Positions 57,983 through 64,000 of a stretch of 64,000 bases of DNA are shown here, one piece after another. The position numbers were made by a program, and so were the translations under genes. Every line of letters starts with the position of its first letter. Position 1 is the stretch's first letter. The DNA comes from an uncultured Bacilli bacterium (GTDB lineage Bacteria; Bacillota_I; Bacilli_A; RF39; UBA660). The stretch spans positions 5,528-69,527 of the forward strand of contig CAKOIQ010000003.1 of assembly GCA_934086935.1 (NCBI GenBank), in the 5' to 3' direction. Under the pieces are notes generated by a model. The model ran no database searches and was not told the origin of the DNA. It saw only the letters and a program-made list of their open reading frames with translations.

Positions 57983-59890
57983 TTATTGTGGTTCAGAACC
58001 TTTTTTAAAATAAAAAATAACATTTTTGTCTTTGATATTTTTATTTCCAGTTATGGCATTTAATGGTACTCCTACAATATTATCAGGAACTTCATACCAT
58101 GAATTTGGTTTATCTTTTTCGTAATTTTCTACCGTATCAACCCAAATATTTTTAATCTTTTTTGAATAACTTGAATCGACATTACTATTCATATCATTAC
58201 CAGCCCAAACCATCATTAAAATATCTGGATTATATCCTACAATCCAATAATCATTTTCTGTTGTACCACTTTTTAGTGCATATTTACGACTGATTTTACT
58301 GTTTAGATATAGTACTGTTGGTGATAAGTAATCAATAAATTTTGGATTATAAGTATTCGTTAACATCTCGTTTATGATATAAACTGAATCTTTATTTAAT
58401 ACTTGTTCACTTTCATCTTCATATTTATATAGTGTATGTCCATTAAAGTCTTCAACTTTTTTTATTAAATGAATGTCTGTTTTATTACCATAATTAGCTA
58501 GTGTGGCATAACTTTGTGCAAAATCTAACATATTAATTTCTTGTGCACCTAAAGCTAAAGAAGGAATTGCTTTTAAATTTGTTTTAAGTCCAGCTAGTTT
58601 CAATGTATTAACTAATTGTTCTTCTCCTAAAAAAAGATGAGTTTTAACTGCATATACATTATCAGAGTATGCTAAAGCAGCGGCCATAGTGATTTCTTTA
58701 TTTCCATATTTATTAGAATGATTTTTAGGTGAGTATGTTTGATTGTTAGCAAAAACAAAACTCGTTTTTTCACTTAAAAAAGTAGATGCTTCCGTCATAT
58801 TATTTTCGAGTGCGGCATAATAAAGAAACGGTTTAATAGTTGATCCTACTTGTCTTTTAGCTGAAATAGCACGGTTATATTGACTCTTTGAATAATCTAC
58901 TCCACCAGTTAATGCCATTATTCCTCCAGTTTTAGGATTTACAACTACACTTGATAATTGAACATTTTTATCAGTTGCATTTTTAATAATAGATTCATCC
59001 ATACTTTTTTGAACACTAGTATCTAATTCCGTATATATTTTTAAACCACCGGATTTAATTAATGATTTGGGAATTTCATTTAAATTATTAAGTTCATTTA
59101 ATACAGCATCATGATAATACATTAAAGTTTGCATATTATTACTTTTTCTTTTTCCATATATTTCTATTTTATTTTTAAAAAGTAGACTATATTCTTCTTC
59201 AGTTAAATATTCATTGTCTAACATGGATTTAGCTACTATTTTAGCTCTTTTAATAGAATTGTCATAATTACTAATAGGATTATAATTTTCGGGACTTTTA
59301 GGAATACCAGCTAAAATTATAGCTTCTTCTAAGTTAAGTTCGCTGGCTTTTTTGTTAAAATAAAAATTACTGGCATTTTCAATACCATAGTTACCTTGAC
59401 CATAATTTATAGTATTTAAATACCCTTCTAAAATATCGTCTTTTGAATAATGTACCTCAAGTTTTAAAGTCAAGAAAGCTTCTTCAATTTTTCTTTTCCA
59501 CGTTTGATTAAAATCTAAATATAAATTTTTAACGTATTGTTGAGAAATAGTGGATGCACCTTGCATAATGGTTTTATTTTTAATATTAATATACATAGCT
59601 TTAGCAATTCTTAAATAGTCAAATCCTTGATGATTATAGAAGTTTTTATCTTCAGTACTGATTGTAGCATTTATTAAATTTTGCGAAATGTCCTTTATAT
59701 TAACCCAACTATTGTTATTACTTGTTTGAAATATTAATTCTTCTTTATTGTCATATAAATAAATCGCATTAGCTGAATTTAATGTTATTTTAGGAGAAAG
59801 ATAAGCATATATATATAAAGTTGTTAATATAGTCATGAAAGTTATTGTACAAAATAAAGTAAATTTATATATTAATTTAATCTTTTTCAT
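57983..59890 (-). CDS. class A penicillin-binding protein (glycosyltransferase + transpeptidase)
   Basis: 635 aa with an N-terminal TM. GT51 motifs ISTEDKNFYNHQGFD and RKIEE. Transpeptidase motif STIKP (SxxK) and later motifs are present. It is the only minus-strand (head-on) gene on the right arm. Confidence 0.9.
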   Translation of the reverse strand: MKKIKLIYKFTLFCTITFMTILTTLYIYAYLSPKITLNSANAIYLYDNKEELIFQTSNNNSWVNIKDISQNLINATISTEDKNFYNHQGFDYLRIAKAMYINIKNKTIMQGASTISQQYVKNLYLDFNQTWKRKIEEAFLTLKLEVHYSKDDILEGYLNTINYGQGNYGIENASNFYFNKKASELNLEEAIILAGIPKSPENYNPISNYDNSIKRAKIVAKSMLDNEYLTEEEYSLLFKNKIEIYGKRKSNNMQTLMYYHDAVLNELNNLNEIPKSLIKSGGLKIYTELDTSVQKSMDESIIKNATDKNVQLSSVVVNPKTGGIMALTGGVDYSKSQYNRAISAKRQVGSTIKPFLYYAALENNMTEASTFLSEKTSFVFANNQTYSPKNHSNKYGNKEITMAAALAYSDNVYAVKTHLFLGEEQLVNTLKLAGLKTNLKAIPSLALGAQEINMLDFAQSYATLANYGNKTDIHLIKKVEDFNGHTLYKYEDESEQVLNKDSVYIINEMLTNTYNPKFIDYLSPTVLYLNSKISRKYALKSGTTENDYWIVGYNPDILMMVWAGNDMNSNVDSSYSKKIKNIWVDTVENYEKDKPNSWYEVPDNIVGVPLNAITGNKNIKDKNVIFYFKKGSEPQ

Positions 59891-59953
59891 AATTCACCAG
59901 TTATATTATGGATTTTAATATTCTTTTTATGCTAAAATTATATGGTGATGTAA

Positions 59954-60271
59954 ATGGCAAAAATAAAATTATATAAAAATGATAACTTAGTTTTGGAACA
60001 TGATGGAGATACACAAGATAATAATCTTTTAGTGTTTGAAAATATTGTTTATGATCCAAATAAATTTATTTTAATTAGAGAAAATGATGATTTTAAATTT
60101 GAGTTAGATTTTAAATGTTCTTTAGCTATAATTACTTTAAAAAAAGAAGGCCATAGTTTAGATTTAAATTTATCTAATGTAAAAAAAGAAATAGGGAATG
60201 ATAGTCATAAAATATACTATAATATAGAGAGTGAAGAAGTCATAAGTAATGTACTAGAAATCACTTTCTAA
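59954..60271 (+). CDS. hypothetical small beta-rich protein (possibly DUF1934/YwiB-like)
   Basis: 105 aa with an alternating beta-strand pattern and no catalytic motifs. The family guess is weak. Confidence 0.4.
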   Translation: MAKIKLYKNDNLVLEHDGDTQDNNLLVFENIVYDPNKFILIRENDDFKFELDFKCSLAIITLKKEGHSLDLNLSNVKKEIGNDSHKIYYNIESEEVISNVLEITF

Positions 60272-60290
60272 TTAAAGTATATTTTTTTTG

Positions 60291-60318
60291 TTGACAATGA
60301 AAAAGAATATGATAAAAT
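60291..60318 (+). promoter_or_regulatory. sigma-A promoter of rpoE (extended -10)
   Basis: TTGACA, 16 nt, TAAAAT, with TG one base upstream of the -10 (TGATAAAAT). Confidence 0.5.
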
Positions 60319-60387
60319 TATGTATGTTTAATGAGCCGATGTCATATTTTATAGCGTGACATATAATGGCAATTAGGAGGACAATAT

Positions 60388-60822
60388 ATGAAATTAAAAT
60401 TAACTGATGAGCAAAAAGATACTTTGTCTTATGATGATGTTGCTTATCTTATATTGAAAGAAACTAATAAAAAAGCTAAAATACAAGATTTATTCAAAGA
60501 AGTTGTTAAATTATTAGATTTACCTGAATCAGTTTATGAAAATAATATTGGTGAATTCTTTGAATTAATGGTTACTGATAAAAGATTTATTATGTTAGAT
60601 AATGGTTATTGTGATTTAAAGATAAATCATAGTGCTAAAGTTATTATAGATGATGAAGATGAAGATTTTGATATTCAACCTGAAGATCAAGATGATATCA
60701 ACGATATTGAAGAAGAAGATAATTATGATGAGGATGCTAATCCTGATGACGATACTGATAATGACTTACAAGATTTAGTTATTATTGATGATTCAGATGA
60801 ATTAGATAGTGATATGATGTAG
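60388..60822 (+). CDS. rpoE: DNA-directed RNA polymerase delta subunit
   Basis: N-terminal HARE-HTH-like domain (SYDDVAYLILKE..K...IQDLFKEV...) followed by a long D/E tail, diagnostic of Firmicute RpoE. Confidence 0.88.
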   Translation: MKLKLTDEQKDTLSYDDVAYLILKETNKKAKIQDLFKEVVKLLDLPESVYENNIGEFFELMVTDKRFIMLDNGYCDLKINHSAKVIIDDEDEDFDIQPEDQDDINDIEEEDNYDEDANPDDDTDNDLQDLVIIDDSDELDSDMM

Positions 60823-60868
60823 ATTAACTTTCTTTTATAATTATTTTAAATAAAGAAAGGCGATATAT

Positions 60869-61924
60869 ATGATAGAAAGATTAGAATTATTAGAAAAAAG
60901 ATATAATGAAATAAATGAAGAATTATTAAAACCAGAAATATTAAGTGATTTTAGTAAACAAAAGAAGCTTTCTAAGGAGAAAGGTTCTATTGAGGAAGCT
61001 GTAATTAAATATGGTGAATATAAAGCTTTAAATGAGGAAATAAGTGAATTAAAGACTTTAGTAAATGATCCAGAAATGCATGATATGGTTATGATGGAAT
61101 TAGATGAAAAACATGCTGCTTTAGACGCTTTAGTTGAACATATTAAAGTTTTACTTTTACCTAAGGATGAAAATGATGGTAAAGATATAATCATGGAAAT
61201 TCGTGGTGCAGCTGGTGGTGATGAAGCTAATATATTTGCTGGTGATTTATTTAGAATGTATTCAAAGTATGCTGAAAAAGTAGGTTGGAAAATTGATGTT
61301 TCTCATGTAATTGAAGGAGAAGCAGGCGGTTTTTCTACTATTGAATTTGCAATTAAAGGTGATAATGTTTATGCTAAATTAAAATTTGAAAGTGGTGTTC
61401 ATAGAGTTCAAAGAGTTCCTGAAACTGAAACTCAAGGAAGAATTCATACATCAACTGCAACTGTTCTTGTTATGCCAGAGGTTGAAGATGTTGATATTGA
61501 TATTAAACCTGAAGATATTAGAGTTGACGTATATAGAAGTAGCGGAAAAGGTGGACAAGGAGTTAATACTACTGATTCAGCAGTAAGACTTACTCATATT
61601 CCAACTGGTATTGTGGTTACATGTCAAAATGAAAGAAGTCAAATTAAAAATAAAGAACGTGCTATGGTAGTTTTAAAATCAAAGATTTATGATCAAGCTC
61701 AACAAAAACAAGATGCGGAAACTGGAAGTGTTAGAAAGAGTATGATTGGTACAGGAGATAGATCTGAGAAGATTAGAACATATAATTATCCACAAAATAG
61801 AGTTACTGACCATCGTATTAATTTTAGTATTATGGAATTAGATAGAGTAATGGAAGGTAATATTGAACCTATTATAGAAGCTTTGATTACTGAAGATCAA
61901 AGAAGAAAAATGGAAGAAGCATGA
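60869..61924 (+). CDS. prfA: peptide chain release factor 1
   Basis: 351 aa. Codon-recognition tripeptide PET (RF1 PxT motif) and GGQ loop SSGKGGQGVNTTDSAVRLTHIPTGI. Confidence 0.96.
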   Translation: MIERLELLEKRYNEINEELLKPEILSDFSKQKKLSKEKGSIEEAVIKYGEYKALNEEISELKTLVNDPEMHDMVMMELDEKHAALDALVEHIKVLLLPKDENDGKDIIMEIRGAAGGDEANIFAGDLFRMYSKYAEKVGWKIDVSHVIEGEAGGFSTIEFAIKGDNVYAKLKFESGVHRVQRVPETETQGRIHTSTATVLVMPEVEDVDIDIKPEDIRVDVYRSSGKGGQGVNTTDSAVRLTHIPTGIVVTCQNERSQIKNKERAMVVLKSKIYDQAQQKQDAETGSVRKSMIGTGDRSEKIRTYNYPQNRVTDHRINFSIMELDRVMEGNIEPIIEALITEDQRRKMEEA

Positions 61925-62658
61925 AAAGACCTAGTAATATAAACTTATCAGATTGGCAATTATTACAAAAAAAATATCGTAATTTAGAGCCAATTGTTAA
62001 TAAAATTAATAATCATTACCCTATACAATATTTAATAGGAAATGTAGATTTTTATGGTTATACTATTAAAGTTAATGAAAATGTTTTAATTCCTAGATTT
62101 GAAACTGAAACTTTAGTTGAAAAAACGTTAAATTTAATTAAAAAATTAAATTTAGAGAATTCTTCATTGCTAGATATTGGAACTGGCTCAGGGTGTATAA
62201 GTGTTGCTTTGAAATGTGAGATGCCTTCTTTAGAAATAACCGCGATTGATAAAAGTAGAAAAGCATTAATGTTAGCTAGAAAAAATGCTAAATTTAATAG
62301 AGTTAAGATAAATTTTATTTGTAAAGATTTATTTAAATATAATTTAGTTAATGATTATGATATTATTGTTAGTAATCCTCCATATATTGAAGAAAACAGT
62401 GATGTTAGCCCTGAAGTTAAATATGAACCAAGAGAGGCAATATTTGTAAGTAATGATAATCCTCTTATATATTATGAAGAAGTTCTAAAAGTGGCTTTAA
62501 AAGCATTAAATAAAAAACATTTAATTGCTTTTGAAATAGATGAAGACCATGCGGAGGATTTAAAAAAACTAGTAAAAAAATATTTTAAATCAGATAAAAT
62601 AAGAATAGAAAAAGATTTATCTGATAAAGATAGATATATGTTTATTTATAGTAATTGA
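61921..62658 (+). CDS. prmC: release-factor glutamine N5-methyltransferase PrmC (HemK)
   Basis: LIPRFETE, SAM motif LDIGTGSGCI and catalytic SNPPYI. Overlaps prfA by 4 nt. Confidence 0.92.
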   Translation: MKRPSNINLSDWQLLQKKYRNLEPIVNKINNHYPIQYLIGNVDFYGYTIKVNENVLIPRFETETLVEKTLNLIKKLNLENSSLLDIGTGSGCISVALKCEMPSLEITAIDKSRKALMLARKNAKFNRVKINFICKDLFKYNLVNDYDIIVSNPPYIEENSDVSPEVKYEPREAIFVSNDNPLIYYEEVLKVALKALNKKHLIAFEIDEDHAEDLKKLVKKYFKSDKIRIEKDLSDKDRYMFIYSN

Positions 62659-62672
62659 ATAAATTATTTAAT

Positions 62673-62708
62673 CACTACCCATTATGTTTTAGAAAGGTAG
62701 TGTTTTTT
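62673..62708 (+). terminator. terminator after prmC
   Basis: CACTACC, 16-nt loop, GGTAGTG, followed by TTTTTT. Confidence 0.45.
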
Positions 62709-62709
62709 A

Positions 62710-63222
62710 TTGAAAAAAATACTAATAATAATTGGAATAATATTTATGTTATTAAGTATGAATTATAAAAAAGCAAATAATGTTTTTATACCAAAGGATT
62801 CAATAAGATTTCGTATAATTAGTAATAGTATGAATGAAATAGATATAAGACATAAACAAGAGTTAAAAAGTTATATTGAAGATTATGTATATGACATTGT
62901 TAGTGACGCTCAAAGTAGTGAAGAAGCTGATAAGTTATTAGTAAATAATTTAGAAAAAATAAGTAGTTATGTTAACCAATATTTAAATTCCGACAATTAT
63001 AAAATAGATTATGGCGTAAATTATTTCCCCAAAAAAATTTATAAAGGAGTAGTCTATGAAGAAGGCATGTATAAGTCCTTAGTTATTACAATAGGTGATG
63101 GGAATGGTTCAAATTGGTGGTGTGTATTATTTCCTCCATTATGCCTTTTGGATGAAAATAATACAACTGCAGATGTAGATTATCAATTATATGTATCTAG
63201 AATAATTAAAGTCTTTAATTAA
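62710..63222 (+). CDS. spoIIR: stage II sporulation protein R (SpoIIR)
   Basis: 170 aa with a signal/anchor. IRFRIISNS (Bacillus: IRLRILANS) and NWWCVLFPPLCL are hallmark SpoIIR motifs. TTG start. Confidence 0.85.
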   Translation: MKKILIIIGIIFMLLSMNYKKANNVFIPKDSIRFRIISNSMNEIDIRHKQELKSYIEDYVYDIVSDAQSSEEADKLLVNNLEKISSYVNQYLNSDNYKIDYGVNYFPKKIYKGVVYEEGMYKSLVITIGDGNGSNWWCVLFPPLCLLDENNTTADVDYQLYVSRIIKVFN

Positions 63223-63243
63223 TATACTTAACTAGGTGGTCCA

Positions 63244-63777
63244 ATGTTAAGTATTTTTTTTATTGGAATAGCTCTTTCAATGGATGCTTTTTCAATTGCT
63301 TTATCAATAGGAACAACTAATATTTCAAAAAAAAGTGTTTTTATAATAGTTACATTAGTTGGATTAATGCATTTTATAATGCCACAACTTGGATTGTTAA
63401 TGGGTAATCAAATTTATAATTACATAAATATAAATCCTAAGTTAATTATTTCTTTAATATTATATTATTTAGTTATAATAATGTATTTTGATAAAACTAA
63501 TAAAAATGTGAATATTGAATCATTTATTAACATTTTTTTATTCGCATTTAGTGTTAGTTTAGATAGTTTTTCTGTAGGATTAGGTTTAAAAGGTCTAACT
63601 GAACATTATTTTTTAGCATCAATTGTATTTTCAATTTGTGCATTGTGTATCACTTATATAGGTTTGATACTTGGAAAATATTCATTAAAAGTATTAAAAA
63701 GTAAAGCAAAATATGTAGGTGTAGTACTGTTGTTTATAATAGCAACTGTAAATTTATGTCAATTATTTATTGATTGA
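63244..63777 (+). CDS. mntP: manganese efflux pump MntP
   Basis: 177 aa with 6 TM helices. Duplicated (A)LSMDAFS / SLDSFSVG motifs. Confidence 0.88.
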   Translation: MLSIFFIGIALSMDAFSIALSIGTTNISKKSVFIIVTLVGLMHFIMPQLGLLMGNQIYNYININPKLIISLILYYLVIIMYFDKTNKNVNIESFINIFLFAFSVSLDSFSVGLGLKGLTEHYFLASIVFSICALCITYIGLILGKYSLKVLKSKAKYVGVVLLFIIATVNLCQLFID

Positions 63778-63839
63778 GTTGACTTACAAATGGTTAACAT
63801 ATATATTAAAAATGGAAAGGTATCTTTAAAGGTAACGTT

Positions 63840-64000
63840 ATGAAAAAACTTGTAATTGAGGGGAATAAAAAGCTGAGTGGTAGTATTAAAATAGGTGGTG
63901 CTAAAAATAGCGTAGTTGCATTAATACCAGCAGCTATGTTGACTGATGGAAAATGTACTATTTATAATGTTCCTAATATAAGTGATGTTAAATTACTAAT
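63840..64000 (+). CDS. murA: UDP-N-acetylglucosamine 1-carboxyvinyltransferase MurA (N-terminal fragment, runs off window)
   Basis: Own translation [50 protein letters not shown]... is the canonical MurA N-terminus. Confidence 0.9.
   Translation, partial: MKKLVIEGNKKLSGSIKIGGAKNSVVALIPAAMLTDGKCTIYNVPNISDVKLL

Noticed and set aside
6130-61586. About 30 ORF-track entries of 60-170 aa lie antisense to or nested within strong genes. Examples: 6130-6348, 8965-9210, 11152-11496, 11992-12336, 20254-20538, 28513-28833, 29398-29941, 37937-38713, 41826-42695, 45866-46117, 53352-54319, 56349-56705, 60841-61194 and 61386-61586.
   Set aside because: All are shadow frames of well-supported genes in AT-rich DNA. 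Their composition is low-complexity (F/L/I/S/K-rich), and they have no RBS and no recognisable motif.
1-64000. Search for CRISPR arrays, transposases, integrases, prophage genes, toxin-antitoxin pairs and known defence-system signatures.
   Set aside because: None was recognisable. The patatin phospholipase (22182-23030) is a lone gene without the cyclase or sensor partners seen in CBASS-like systems.

Overview
Very AT-rich chromosomal replication-origin region of a low-GC Firmicute, with gene order like Bacillus/Clostridia/Erysipelotrichia. The genetic code is standard: TAA, TAG and TGA all end recognisable genes. oriC lies at about 48.9-50.7 kb. dnaA-dnaN-(comK-like)-recF-gyrB-gyrA run leftward on the minus strand. 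rpmH-rnpA-yidC-jag-mnmE-mnmG-rsmG-parB/noc run rightward on the plus strand. DnaA-box clusters flank dnaA, and the coding strand switches almost completely at this point. The left arm carries the conserved Bacillus-type housekeeping and sporulation block: tadA-dnaX-ybaB-recR-bofA-holB-yaaT-MTase-pth-mfd-spoVT-like-metG-tatD-3D-ksgA-yabG-veg-spoVG-yabP-yabQ-divIC. Further left are tmRNA, a tRNA-Cys/tmRNA-bracketed segment of envelope, hypothetical and decayed genes, then typA, rubrerythrin, femAB-like, enolase, a glycosyltransferase/kinase pair, secG-rnr-smpB and a truncated amidase. The right arm continues with a class A PBP, rpoE, prfA-prmC, spoIIR, mntP and the start of murA. RNA elements are tRNA-Cys(GCA), tmRNA, a short 4.5S-type SRP RNA and a Met T-box leader. 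No CRISPR array, transposase, integrase or recognisable defence system was found. The most unusual feature is an ~0.8 kb non-coding spacer between gyrA and the SRP RNA. It holds a phased, plasmid-like tandem array of consensus parS palindromes, each next to a DnaA-box-like 9-mer and an AT-rich inverted repeat. One unit carries a perfect Noc-binding-site-type palindrome instead. The only ParB-family gene in the window has no ParA partner and has Noc-like recognition residues. A second notable site is three perfect Spo0A boxes at exact 10-bp phasing upstream of a comK homologue that sits inside the dnaN-recF block.
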